From the NCBI GenBank assembly GCA_019658995.1, contig JAIFWN010000001.1:20852-84851 (forward strand): a DNA stretch of 64,000 bases. Reading direction: 5' to 3'. Shown piece by piece: positions 43,604 to 52,240 of this stretch. Source of the stretch: Candidatus Parcubacteria bacterium (lineage in GTDB: Bacteria > Patescibacteriota > Minisyncoccia > Phycocordibacterales > Zambryskibacteraceae). The notes below the pieces were generated by a model. That model saw only the letters and a list, made by a program, of their open reading frames with translations, made no database searches and was not told where the DNA came from. Position 1 is the stretch's first letter, and every line of letters begins with the position of its first letter. Both the position numbers and the translations under genes were made by a program.

Positions 43604-44535
43604 GTCTTGGATAAAAAAGAGCCGATAGCGACTGTGGTAGTCGCTATCGGCTTTTGTGTTGGGCGAGCACTGCATTTTCTGCCCGTGCTTTCCTGGTGTA
43701 CATAGATCGCGGCGGATGCGCCCAGAGCTCTGAAGCGAACTCCTCCACTGACGTCCACGATTTTTTCGGGAGGATCTCCAGGCCAGAACTCGACCCAGCC
43801 GTCTTTCTTGGTCCAGACCGCATAAGCGGAGTGAGAATTGGCAGGTCTCTTCCAGCCGAGGTACGGATTTCCGAGTGTATTGGGCAAGAAGATCCGTGAC
43901 GGCTCACTCCCGACCATGATGACGAATGCCGTATCACAAGACGGAAGGATGAGAGCCGAGTCGAGCATCTTGGCATAAGTCGCCAGTGCGATCGCTCTTA
44001 CTCGCTTCTCCTCAGCTTCTTCCCTGTCGCTTCGCTTCCCGTTCCAGACCAGGAAGAGGACAGTCGCCGCGACGACTATGCCCCAGCCGAGTGTCATGAG
44101 CAGAACATCGACAGATCTCGATGGTTTTGCAGCACCAGTCCCAGGTCTGCGTTTCTTCCAGAGCTTATAACCGCCTTGGACCAGAACTAAGCCGGCGACG
44201 ATCCCGAGAGCCCACTTCCCGATCGTCAGCCAGGGCAGAGTCATGAGCCAGGCCCAGACACTTGATGATGGACCGCTAGCTTTAGCGGCCAGGAACACCA
44301 CCAGCGTAATCGTGATAATACCCTGGATTGCCAATTTCGCGTCCGGGATAATTGCCGAATTGCGTGTCGATCTCTTGAAAGACCGAAGTGCGACGCGAGT
44401 TCGGGTTTTCAATCTCAGGCCGCGATTTGTTAAGGTCATGTGCCGAGAAATCCGGTTACGTCTGGCTTTCCAGAGAATCTGGGTCTCTCGCCAGCTCTTG
44501 TCCAATCTGGCACGAAGTCTATTGAGCATCCTCAT
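43600..44535 (-). CDS. Hypothetical membrane protein (311 aa) with a basic N-terminus, three TM helices and a C-terminal extracytoplasmic domain; GC-rich.
   Basis: ORF with TM helices (IITITLVVFLAA, WALGIVAGLVLV, LGWGIVVAATVLFLV). A strong promoter lies upstream. Confidence 0.45.
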   Translation of the reverse strand: MRMLNRLRARLDKSWRETQILWKARRNRISRHMTLTNRGLRLKTRTRVALRSFKRSTRNSAIIPDAKLAIQGIITITLVVFLAAKASGPSSSVWAWLMTLPWLTIGKWALGIVAGLVLVQGGYKLWKKRRPGTGAAKPSRSVDVLLMTLGWGIVVAATVLFLVWNGKRSDREEAEEKRVRAIALATYAKMLDSALILPSCDTAFVIMVGSEPSRIFLPNTLGNPYLGWKRPANSHSAYAVWTKKDGWVEFWPGDPPEKIVDVSGGVRFRALGASAAIYVHQESTGRKCSARPTQKPIATTTVAIGSFLSKT

Positions 44536-44570
44536 TCTCCTTTGCTATTTGGCGAACTTGATCTCTCATC

Positions 44571-44598
44571 ATTATATATTGAAAATCTGTAAAGTCAA
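44571..44598 (-). promoter_or_regulatory. Near-consensus sigma70-type promoter TTGACT, 16-nt spacer, TATAAT (minus strand) for the 43600-44535 gene.
   Basis: On the minus strand the -35 element is at plus 44593-44598 (agtcaa) and the -10 at plus 44571-44576 (attata). Confidence 0.55.
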
Positions 44599-44600
44599 GT

Positions 44601-44632
44601 ATAAAAAAGCCAGTCCGATGTTTTGGACTGGC
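44601..44632 (-). terminator. Rho-independent terminator (minus strand) for the 44646-45815 gene.
   Basis: The stem gccagtcc/ggactggc (44609-44632) has an 8-nt loop. It is followed on the minus strand by uuuuuuau. Confidence 0.7.
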
Positions 44633-44645
44633 TGAGTGAGTTGTA

Positions 44646-45815
44646 TTACTTGCTGCCGACAAGAACTGCTGGAGTGGCTCCGCCTCGTACAGAAGTTGTA
44701 ACTACCTTGTTGTTTTCGTAAGCCTCGGCCTCACGTGCACGTGCTGCGAATTCGCCGGCGTTAGCTATGGGTATAATAACCTTCTGCACATGGTCAGCCT
44801 GACCCTCGTTCACGCGCAATTGAGCATTACGCTCGCCTGTAGCCACGACGACAGCTCGCCTTGCTTGCTTGATGGCGACACGGACTTCGAGGTCCGCAGC
44901 AAGGATTTTGGCTTCTTGCTCGCGCTTGGTTTTCTCCTGGAGCTGGAGAAGCTCACGCTGCTTGGCATCCATGTCGATGGCGTAGAGTATGTACCTCTCA
45001 GCCTGGATGCCTATGACATCTAGAGCTCGCTCCTTGAGCTTCTTGAGTACATCCGTGCGGAGCTGTTCTTTCCGCTCCTTCAGTTTGCCATGCACCTCTT
45101 CGGTGGGAACATCTTCGAAGAGGTAATACTCAGGCTGGTGACTCCCTGTCTCATCGGTGACTACCTCGTCGACGAGAGAGGTGAGAGTCGCGTTTGAGTC
45201 AGCGACCTTAAGTCTCGCGCGGACAGGGAATTTCTCCTGGTACACAACCTTGCCATATACATCAATGGTGTATGTACCCGCTGTCTCAGCCCCACGAGTA
45301 GCAACGTCATTCTCGCGAGAGTAGTAGACGAAGGTCGTATCATAGCTCAGGGGCTCCTCTTTATACCTGGGCATTTCGTATTCTTCGCCCCTCTCCCGCT
45401 TCTCTTCGGCTTCGCGAAGTTTAGCCTCGTCAATCTTGAGGCGGACTTCACTGATCTTGTTGATCCGAATTTCCATGAATGGGCCAAGCCAGGTCGCGCC
45501 GTAGAGATAGTACATGAGTCCGCGTCGGTGAGTCTCACGTCCGGGAACGACTTCCCAGTTCATAAGGTCATGACCGGCTCGCTTGATCTTGTGGCCAGGT
45601 ACCCCGCATACGATATCAAGAATTTCACTCCCCGAAGCGGGTGTCGCTTTCTGAGGATCGGCCACCGCTCGCTTGCGATTGCTTTTCCGCTGAAGAAAGC
45701 CATTTGTGCCAGCCGGCACGAAGCACCAGATAGTGCCTCGGCTCGCCAGCGTTCTCACGACGAATCCAACGATGAAGTAAGAAGCTATGAGCCAAATCCA
45801 GAAAAACATTTGCAC
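44646..45815 (-). CDS. Membrane-anchored protein (389 aa) with an SPFH/band-7-like or coiled-coil C-terminal region.
   Basis: An N-terminal TM helix (FFWIWLIASYFIVGFVV) is followed by a region with an Ala/Glu/Arg/Lys-rich coiled-coil tail resembling HflC/K-type proteins. This is tentative. Confidence 0.35.
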   Translation of the reverse strand: MQMFFWIWLIASYFIVGFVVRTLASRGTIWCFVPAGTNGFLQRKSNRKRAVADPQKATPASGSEILDIVCGVPGHKIKRAGHDLMNWEVVPGRETHRRGLMYYLYGATWLGPFMEIRINKISEVRLKIDEAKLREAEEKRERGEEYEMPRYKEEPLSYDTTFVYYSRENDVATRGAETAGTYTIDVYGKVVYQEKFPVRARLKVADSNATLTSLVDEVVTDETGSHQPEYYLFEDVPTEEVHGKLKERKEQLRTDVLKKLKERALDVIGIQAERYILYAIDMDAKQRELLQLQEKTKREQEAKILAADLEVRVAIKQARRAVVVATGERNAQLRVNEGQADHVQKVIIPIANAGEFAARAREAEAYENNKVVTTSVRGGATPAVLVGSK

Positions 45816-45899
45816 CTCCGCGGCTGGGTTGCTTGTAGTGGTTCAAGGTTCTAGCACTCTAGACGCATTTTATAATAGAAAACTTACAAAGTCAATATG

Positions 45900-45980
45900 T
45901 GGGCGGGAGAGGACTTGAACCTCCACTCCTTGCGGAACCAGTTCCTAAAACTGGCGTGTCTACCATTTCACCACCCGCCC
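45900..45980 (-). tRNA. tRNA-Leu (anticodon UAG), with a long variable arm.
   Basis: Acceptor GGGCGGG/CCCGCCC-A, anticodon stem CCAGU/ACUGG with loop UUUAGGA, T arm GGAGG-UUCAAGU-CCUCU. Confidence 0.85.
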
Positions 45981-46011
45981 TTTATTTAAATTTTATCAAA
46001 ATAGAGAGCAC

Positions 46012-46413
46012 TCATCGAGTGCTCTCTTCATGGATGATTCGCAGTCCTCTTACTGAGCAGCTGATATGGATGGTTGTTAATGTGGCAGGCGCAACCCACC
46101 AGTACCACTTTTCCTGCTTTCGCCAGCGATATGCCACGCGCATCACTGCGCCGTAGCCTATGGCGGCTGCAAGATACACCGGAAGGGTCCTGCCCTCCGT
46201 CCCAAATAGGGGTCGGGCCAACGGGTTCCTCTCACCGCAGTCGTACTTTCTGATGCAATAAGCACTCTGCTCGATATCGAGCGCCGCCATACCGGCTAGC
46301 GCCGCAGTTGCTACTACGAAGGGAGTGAGAGACTTCTGTTCTACAGGTTTCTCCTGCGCGATCACCGTGCCGAATGAGAAAAGTGAAAACGCGATAGCCA
46401 GAACGACTCGCAT
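46012..46413 (-). CDS. Secreted hypothetical protein (133 aa), GC-rich.
   Basis: The signal peptide is MRVVLAIAFSLFSFGTVIAQ. Confidence 0.4.
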   Translation of the reverse strand: MRVVLAIAFSLFSFGTVIAQEKPVEQKSLTPFVVATAALAGMAALDIEQSAYCIRKYDCGERNPLARPLFGTEGRTLPVYLAAAIGYGAVMRVAYRWRKQEKWYWWVAPATLTTIHISCSVRGLRIIHEESTR

Positions 46414-46477
46414 GGAGCCCCCGAGGCTGGGTTGTCTATCTCAACAATATCACAGACTAATCAATTAGTCAAACTAG

Positions 46478-46550
46478 TGCACCCTGAAGGGATCGAACCT
46501 TCGACCTTATCCTTAAGAGGGATCTGCTCTACCAGCTGAGCTAAGGGTGC
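46478..46550 (-). tRNA. tRNA-Lys (anticodon CUU).
   Basis: Acceptor GCACCCU/AGGGUGC-A, anticodon loop CUCUUAA, T arm GAAGG-UUCGAUC-CCUUC. Confidence 0.85.
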
Positions 46551-46592
46551 AGTGAGGAAAACTATATCTAAAATTCCACGTCTTTTCAATTG

Positions 46593-46663
46593 TGCGAGAT
46601 GCGAGAATCGAACTCGCGCCCGATGCTTGGGAAGCACCAGTTCTGCCACTAAACTAATCTCGC
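46593..46663 (-). tRNA. tRNA-Gly (anticodon CCC).
   Basis: Acceptor GCGAGAU/AUCUCGC-A, anticodon stem GGUGC/GCAUC with loop UUCCCAA, T arm GCGAG-UUCGAUU-CUCGC. Confidence 0.85.
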
Positions 46664-46683
46664 TCGGTTTCAGAATATCATAA

Positions 46684-46707
46684 AGAAAAAAGCGGACAGG
46701 GTCCGCT
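46684..46707 (-). terminator. Terminator hairpin overlapping the stop codon of the 46706-47185 gene.
   Basis: The stem agcggac/gtccgct (46691-46707) has a loop agg. It is followed on the minus strand by uuuuuucuuu. Confidence 0.55.
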
Positions 46708-47185
46708 AGGTGAGTCTGGCGAGCTTACGGTTAAGAACTTCGGCTGCAAGTTCGATCTCGACTTTCTCCATATCACGAATCTGGGGCAGAAGAATACTTT
46801 CGAGATAATGTATTCCACTCGGATTGATTCTCAGAAGCCTCGGCGTATGCCTGCCACGAAAACAGATCAATCCTCCGTAGGTAAGCATCTCGATCGAGTC
46901 ATTGAGAAGACGCGAAAATCCTAGATTGCTCCAGTCACGGAAAGCGGACAGAATTTCGAACTCAGGGTTCCTGCAGATTTCGCGGAATACGGATTGCAGG
47001 TCGTTTCTGTCGGCCATCAGGCTACTCGTTTCTCCTGCTGCCGCGTAGAGCACCGCGAGGACGACGTCCATCGCCAAGAGTTGTCTTGGCTGCAAGCGAA
47101 CCGTTGACATGAGGTCTCCGAGCTTGTCTGCCGAAAGAATACACCAAGTTTGTAAAATCCGCACGGGAGTGATTGAATAGTTCAA
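46706..47185 (-). CDS. Hypothetical protein (159 aa).
   Basis: ORF only. Confidence 0.3.
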   Translation of the reverse strand: MNYSITPVRILQTWCILSADKLGDLMSTVRLQPRQLLAMDVVLAVLYAAAGETSSLMADRNDLQSVFREICRNPEFEILSAFRDWSNLGFSRLLNDSIEMLTYGGLICFRGRHTPRLLRINPSGIHYLESILLPQIRDMEKVEIELAAEVLNRKLARLT

Positions 47186-47781
47186 GAATGAGCCATGGGG
47201 GAAACGTGCCGTTCATTACCATCACCGGTCAGCCGGGTTCGGGCAAGACTTTCCTCGAGACAAGGATTCTCGAGGCGAGGCCGGATATAAGGATGTTTGA
47301 AGGCAGGAGTTATACCACCAGGTTTCCGAGACCGGGCGATCTTCCCGGCGAGTATGAGCATGTCACAAGGAAAGAGTTCCGGAAAATGCGCGCTAATGCA
47401 GAATTCGCCTGGGTTTTTCCCCACGGTGACTACCATGTTGCCACGAGGAAACGCGATCTTACGGAGGCGATGCGGAGCGGCAAGGTCTGGATGATGACTC
47501 TGGTGCCGGAAGCCGTGGCCAGGCTCACGGCTTTTGTCGGAAAGGAATCTCTAGTGTCTTTCTATCTCGAGGCCCCGGAAGAGCAGATGATCTCGAGGAT
47601 CAGGGAGAGGGGAGATGACATGGAGAAGGCTCTCAAACGCTTCGAGGATACGAGGAGTTGGAAGCGGCAGATGCACGTGCTCGGTCTGGAATTTTTTCCA
47701 ATCGACACATCCGACGAAGATCCTCCGGCTAAGACCGCTCTGAGTGCGGTCTTAAGAGTGCTTTCACTCCATGGTATCTGA
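47173..47781 (+). CDS. Guanylate-kinase-family P-loop kinase.
   Basis: The P-loop ITGQPGSGKT is present, followed by SYTTRFPRPGDLPGEYEHVTRKEF (the GK signature TTRxPRxGExxGxxYxFV). Confidence 0.55.
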   Translation: MNSSRMSHGGNVPFITITGQPGSGKTFLETRILEARPDIRMFEGRSYTTRFPRPGDLPGEYEHVTRKEFRKMRANAEFAWVFPHGDYHVATRKRDLTEAMRSGKVWMMTLVPEAVARLTAFVGKESLVSFYLEAPEEQMISRIRERGDDMEKALKRFEDTRSWKRQMHVLGLEFFPIDTSDEDPPAKTALSAVLRVLSLHGI

Positions 47782-47805
47782 AGCGCGAAGGCGCTTCTTT
47801 TTTAT
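47782..47805 (+). terminator. Rho-independent terminator after the kinase gene.
   Basis: The hairpin agcgc-gaag-gcgct is followed by ucuuuuuuau. Confidence 0.65.
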
Positions 47806-47823
47806 GATAATGTAGAACTTATC

Positions 47824-47898
47824 GGCCTAGTCGCCAAGTAGTAAGGCAACTCTCTGCAAAAGAGTTACACGCGGGTGCGATTCCCGCCTAGGCCTCCA
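47824..47898 (+). tRNA. tRNA-Cys (anticodon GCA), U73 discriminator, with CCA encoded.
   Basis: The acceptor GGCCUAG/CUAGGCC is a perfect pair. The anticodon stem ACUCU/AGAGU has loop CUGCAAA. The T arm is GCGGG-UGCGAUU-CCCGC. The D stem has 3 bp. The T loop is unusual, with G at position 55. Confidence 0.7.
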
Positions 47899-47921
47899 TC
47901 GGAGACCACTGTTTCCGAGAC

Positions 47922-48004
47922 GCCCAGGTGGTGGAATGGTATACACGAGGGACTTAAAATCCCTTGGTCGCAAGACCTTGTGAGTTCGAGTCTCACTCTG
48001 GGCA
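47922..48004 (+). tRNA. tRNA-Leu (anticodon UAA), with a long variable arm.
   Basis: Acceptor GCCCAGG/UCUGGGC-A, anticodon stem AGGGA/UCCCU with loop CUUAAAA, T arm GUGAG-UUCGAGU-CUCAC. Confidence 0.85.
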
Positions 48005-48005
48005 C

Positions 48006-48332
48006 CTAAATATTTTTTCCTATCTCATCCAGTCTCTGGCGGTTTCTCTCGCCGTAATCGATCTTGAAGCGAAGGTGGGGAGGAAAGCCGATGCGGGATT
48101 CCTTGATGACTTTTTGCTTGAACTCGGGGGCCTTGCGATCCAAAAATTTCAGTGCGGTATCCTCTTCCGATTCAGGCAGAGTGGTAAAGAAGATGACGGC
48201 ATCCTTGCCGCTGGGGTTGAGTTCTACTCGGGTGACGGTGATGAGAGAGGATTTGCCCCCTTCGTCACGGATAAATTCCGCAGCCAGACGGTGAAGAATC
48301 TCTTCTACCTTGTCGTGTTTGATTGCTCTCAT
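48006..48332 (-). CDS. rbfA: Ribosome-binding factor A.
   Basis: RLAAEFIRDEGGKSSLITVTRVELNPSGKDAVIFFT shows a KH-like fold signature. It is adjacent to infB. Confidence 0.8.
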   Translation of the reverse strand: MRAIKHDKVEEILHRLAAEFIRDEGGKSSLITVTRVELNPSGKDAVIFFTTLPESEEDTALKFLDRKAPEFKQKVIKESRIGFPPHLRFKIDYGERNRQRLDEIGKNI

Positions 48333-49825
48333 TTCGTTACCAGTACTATTCGTTCGAGATAATCTCCAGGTGTGATCTCGGCCTTTGACTCGATCATTGC
48401 GCCGAACTCAGCGCCTTCAGAGACGCTGTCTGTGGCTATCTTGGCCTGCTGGAGCTCCTTGACCTTGCCGCGGCCTATCTCCTCCTCACGCCTCAGAATT
48501 TTGAGCATTGAACCCTTTTCAATCAGGCCGTTTTCGACCCTGGCGCCGACGACCTGCTTGTCTTTGGTCTTGCTGAAAATTTTCAGGACTTTGGCGCGAC
48601 CCATGATCTCTTCAACTTCGACCTTCGGTTCGCGTTCCGTAAGCAGTTCTTCAACTCTTTCCTTAAGCTTGTAAATAATGTCAAAGAGTTCTATCGTCAC
48701 ACCTTCTGTGCGCTCGGCAAGCGCAGCCGCCTGGGGGTCTACTTTGGTATTGAAGCCCATGATAATTGTGCCCGGGGTGGTCATGGAAGTCTTTACGTCG
48801 CCCTCGGAAATGGTGCCGACGGCTGCGGTTACGATTTTTATTGAAATGCGCTCGCGTGCAATCTTGCCGAGTTCATACTGGATAGCTTCAAGACTTCCGG
48901 CCGCATCGGCTTTGATAATGAGAGGAAGGGCGGTACTGCCGTCTTCGATGTTGGCTGACTGCATCTCCTGTTTGGGGATGTGGGCCAGTACTCTCTCCGA
49001 ATCTGCGTATAGTTGCGCGGCCTTCTTGTCTTCGAAAATCTCGAATACCGCACCGACCAGTGGCAAGTTGTCCCATCCGACGATCTGAATAGGGGAGGAG
49101 AAGGAGAGTTCCGGTACCTGCTCGCCGTCGGCATTGAGGATAAACCTTAGCGGTGCCACAGTGCCGATGGAAGCGGCGACTTGTCCGATCTTGACTGTGC
49201 CGTCTTTAATGACGCCGACGGCAGTGACGCCCTTCTTCGGATCCAGTCTGCTCTCTATTATTACTCCTGTACCCCATCTGTCGCTGTCGCCGGTGCAGTG
49301 CTCCATCTCCGAGAGTAGTATGAGCATATCGAGAAACTCTTTGACGCCTTCCCCGGTCTTAGCCGAGAGCGCTACGAAGGGTACATCGCCGCCGTAACCC
49401 TCTAGATACACATCGTTCTCGGCAAGAGACTGCTTAACCATTTCGATATTCGCAGAGGGTTTGTCGATTTTGGTTATAGCTACGAGCATAGGAATCTTCT
49501 CTTCTCGGATGCGCTTAAGAGCCTCGAGAGTCTGCGGCTTCACTCCGTCCTCGGCAGAAACTACAAGAACGGCGATGTCGGCCGCACGGGCGCCGCGAGC
49601 GCGGATAGATTTGAAGGCTTCGTGTCCGGGAGTATCGAGAAAGGTGATGCGGCTTCCCGTCTCATCGTCTCTGATGTGTACGATCTCATAAGCGGCCACG
49701 TGCTGGGTGATGCCCCCAGCCTCTTTGTCGACGGTATTTGATTTGCGGATGTAATCAAGAAGCGTCGACTTGCCGTGGTCTATGTGTCCCATTATTGCCA
49801 CAACTGGAGGTCTCGGAGATTTCAT
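48329..49825 (-). CDS. infB: Translation initiation factor IF-2, short form (498 aa) starting at the G domain.
   Basis: [22 protein letters not shown]...[16 protein letters not shown]...NKIDK are present, and the C-terminal beta-barrel domains are intact. Confidence 0.9.
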   Translation of the reverse strand: MKSPRPPVVAIMGHIDHGKSTLLDYIRKSNTVDKEAGGITQHVAAYEIVHIRDDETGSRITFLDTPGHEAFKSIRARGARAADIAVLVVSAEDGVKPQTLEALKRIREEKIPMLVAITKIDKPSANIEMVKQSLAENDVYLEGYGGDVPFVALSAKTGEGVKEFLDMLILLSEMEHCTGDSDRWGTGVIIESRLDPKKGVTAVGVIKDGTVKIGQVAASIGTVAPLRFILNADGEQVPELSFSSPIQIVGWDNLPLVGAVFEIFEDKKAAQLYADSERVLAHIPKQEMQSANIEDGSTALPLIIKADAAGSLEAIQYELGKIARERISIKIVTAAVGTISEGDVKTSMTTPGTIIMGFNTKVDPQAAALAERTEGVTIELFDIIYKLKERVEELLTEREPKVEVEEIMGRAKVLKIFSKTKDKQVVGARVENGLIEKGSMLKILRREEEIGRGKVKELQQAKIATDSVSEGAEFGAMIESKAEITPGDYLERIVLVTK

Positions 49826-49860
49826 AGTGTGGCTACTTTATCACAAATGTGGTCTTATAT

Positions 49861-49892
49861 CTAATAATAAAAATGCCGACTATGCAGTCGGC
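49861..49892 (-). terminator. Terminator overlapping the stop codon of the 49880-50380 gene.
   Basis: The stem gccgact/agtcggc (49875-49892) has a loop atgc. It is followed on the minus strand by auuuuuauuauuag. Confidence 0.55.
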
Positions 49893-50380
49893 TGAGGGGT
49901 GCCTATATGCCCCCATCTTACACTCTGTGATAGCTCACAAAAACGCAGGAGTACTTTGGCAGCGGCGAGTGCCTGAGGCGAACCGACACCGAATGGACTC
50001 TCGTCCGTATCGAGAACAATGACCGTGGGATCGAGCCCCCTGTCCATCTGACATTTGGGCAAATACACGGCGGCACGAGCGATTTGGCCATCCTCGACTC
50101 CGATCTTGCCGGCTTCGATCTCAAGGATATCATTCTTGTCGACATCAAGGACATAGAAGCGATAGTTGTCATCGGGGTGTCCGTACATCCTTTCCCGTGT
50201 CTCGTGTACAAGATGGACAGAAAATTGCATAAACTCCTTCATATGCCCTTTCCAGAGTCTCTTGCCGCGGTATTCTGTATCTGTGAATTCTTCGAAGATC
50301 GCAGGAAGAACTTCGTTAGCATCCATGATTTTCTCCGGTTGTTCTATAAAGACTTTACGTTCTGTATTTTGCCCTGTCAA
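49880..50380 (-). CDS. Hypothetical protein (166 aa).
   Basis: ORF only; it sits upstream of infB. Confidence 0.3.
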   Translation of the reverse strand: MTGQNTERKVFIEQPEKIMDANEVLPAIFEEFTDTEYRGKRLWKGHMKEFMQFSVHLVHETRERMYGHPDDNYRFYVLDVDKNDILEIEAGKIGVEDGQIARAAVYLPKCQMDRGLDPTVIVLDTDESPFGVGSPQALAAAKVLLRFCELSQSVRWGHIGTPQPTA

Positions 50381-50391
50381 TCTGCTAGATT

Positions 50392-51408
50392 GTGGTTATG
50401 AACTGGTTCAAGAGGAGGATTTTTTTCGATTATGCCGGAGGGAAAGATAATCCGTCCGGTATCCATGAAGAGGGAAGACTGGCGCATAAAAAGCTTGAGG
50501 AGACCCGCCTCCGGATCGCGCGAATTTTGAAGTGCCAGGCGCGCGATATTATCTTCACCTCGGGCGGAACGGAGTCTGACAACCTGGCGGTGCTCGGAGT
50601 TTTCGAAGAGGCTAAGGAGAAGTTCGAAAAGCCGCATATAATCATCGGTACCCATGAGCATCCAGCAGTTTATGAGTCGGCAAAAGAGGCACAAAGACAG
50701 GGAGCCGAGCTCACCATCACCGATGAGCCGATGAAGCACCTGAAGGAGAATACAGTACTCGTGTCTATTATATATGCCAATAACGAAACAGGAGCAATAA
50801 ACCCGGTACCCAAAATTGCCAGACTCGTCAGGGACTATAGGAAGAAGCACGGAAGCCGGTACCCCCTAATGCACACAGATGCCACATCCGCGTACGAATA
50901 CCTGGAGGTAGACATCAATAAAGTACCCGCCGATCTCATCAGTATAGAAAATGTGTTAACAGTAAGGCCGCCTGCGACGATACGTCCTAGAAATTTGGGC
51001 GGAGGACAGGAGAGGAGACTCCGCGCCGGAACGCAGAACCTAAAAGTTATCGAAGATTTTGCCAGGAATCTCGAAGTATCGGTGAAAAATCGCGAAAAAG
51101 AATCCGAGAGATTAACGGAGATCAAAAATTTCTTCATCGATGAGATCCGCAGAAGTTTTCCCAAGGCTGTCATCAATACTCCCCGGATCAGTCTGCCGCA
51201 TATCGTGAGTGTGAGTTTCCCGGGTCAATTGCATGAGTTTCTGGCCATAAAGCTCGACTTTCACGGCATCGCTGTCTCGACCGGGAGCGCCTGCGACTCA
51301 TCCAAAGATGAAGAAAGCAAAGAAGCCTTGCGATTTTCTTTCGGTAAGGAAACTTCCAAAATAGAAATCAAAGAAACGATTAGCGTTCTTAAGAAAATAA
51401 TGTTATAA
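50392..51408 (+). CDS. Cysteine desulfurase (NifS/IscS)-like class V aminotransferase lacking the PLP-binding lysine.
   Basis: FTSGGTESDN, GGGQERRLRAGTQN and STGSACDS (the active-site Cys region) are present. The position aligning to IscS SFSGHKIYGP reads DLISIENVLTV, with no Lys. Confidence 0.6.
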   Translation: MVMNWFKRRIFFDYAGGKDNPSGIHEEGRLAHKKLEETRLRIARILKCQARDIIFTSGGTESDNLAVLGVFEEAKEKFEKPHIIIGTHEHPAVYESAKEAQRQGAELTITDEPMKHLKENTVLVSIIYANNETGAINPVPKIARLVRDYRKKHGSRYPLMHTDATSAYEYLEVDINKVPADLISIENVLTVRPPATIRPRNLGGGQERRLRAGTQNLKVIEDFARNLEVSVKNREKESERLTEIKNFFIDEIRRSFPKAVINTPRISLPHIVSVSFPGQLHEFLAIKLDFHGIAVSTGSACDSSKDEESKEALRFSFGKETSKIEIKETISVLKKIML

Positions 51409-51415
51409 TTGCGCC

Positions 51416-52213
51416 ATGACGACGATGGAAGATCTCACAAAGACCCAAATCGTTCTCCTGACTTTGCTCGTGAGCTTCATCACGTCTATAGCAACTGGCA
51501 TTATTACCTCGACGCTTCTTGCACAAGCCCCGGCAAACGTAACTCAGACCATCGATCGTGTGGTAGAGCGCACTATTGAAAAAGTCGCCCCCACTCCGAC
51601 CGGTGCCGGCACGACGGTCAGGGAAGTTACGGTAATTAAAGAGGGCGATGCCATAGTCTCATCGATAGATCAGAACGCCAAGGCCGTGGTTCGCATAAGA
51701 AATTCTTCGGTATCCGGAGATGCGGGTTCGGAATTCTATGCCATGGGCGTAGTCGTGAACAGGCAGGGGCTTATACTTTCCGACAAACGCGGCATTGTGC
51801 CGAATGCGTCATACATAGCGGTTTTCTCGGACGGCAGCACTCTCCCGGTAACGGCCTATGCCTCAAGCGAAACTGGCAGCCTGGCCCTCTTCAAACTGAA
51901 TACCGATGATGTGCACCTGCGCGCTCTCTCGCTCATAACTCTTTCAAAAACTGATCCCAAGCTCGGACAGACTGTCATTGCCATAGAAGGGGTAGAGAAA
52001 AACGCGGTAGCTGTCGGCCGTGTACTCTCGATAGATACCAATGCCGGCGCTGTAGATACTGATATACCGGCCAGGGCGGAAACAGCCGGCGGGCCACTCC
52101 TTAATCTCTCAGGCGAACTCATAGGTATGAAAACATCGAATTCGGATTTGACCCTTCCTCCCGGCAGTTATACAGTGGCTTCGGCACTGACAAAGTTCGT
52201 AGCCGCCCACTAG
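51416..52213 (+). CDS. Membrane-anchored trypsin-fold (HtrA/S1C-like) protein lacking the catalytic Ser and a PDZ domain; a probable pseudo-protease.
   Basis: An N-terminal TM helix is present. ETAGGPLLNLSGELIGM aligns to the HtrA GNSGGPLVNxxGEVIGI, with Ser replaced by Ala. No His/Asp triad context is recognisable. Confidence 0.5.
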   Translation: MTTMEDLTKTQIVLLTLLVSFITSIATGIITSTLLAQAPANVTQTIDRVVERTIEKVAPTPTGAGTTVREVTVIKEGDAIVSSIDQNAKAVVRIRNSSVSGDAGSEFYAMGVVVNRQGLILSDKRGIVPNASYIAVFSDGSTLPVTAYASSETGSLALFKLNTDDVHLRALSLITLSKTDPKLGQTVIAIEGVEKNAVAVGRVLSIDTNAGAVDTDIPARAETAGGPLLNLSGELIGMKTSNSDLTLPPGSYTVASALTKFVAAH

Positions 52214-52240
52214 AAATTTCCGGAACCTAACAGAACAGCC

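Noticed and set aside
46461-46649. 62-aa minus-strand ORF
   Set aside because: It is fully occupied by tRNA-Lys and tRNA-Gly.
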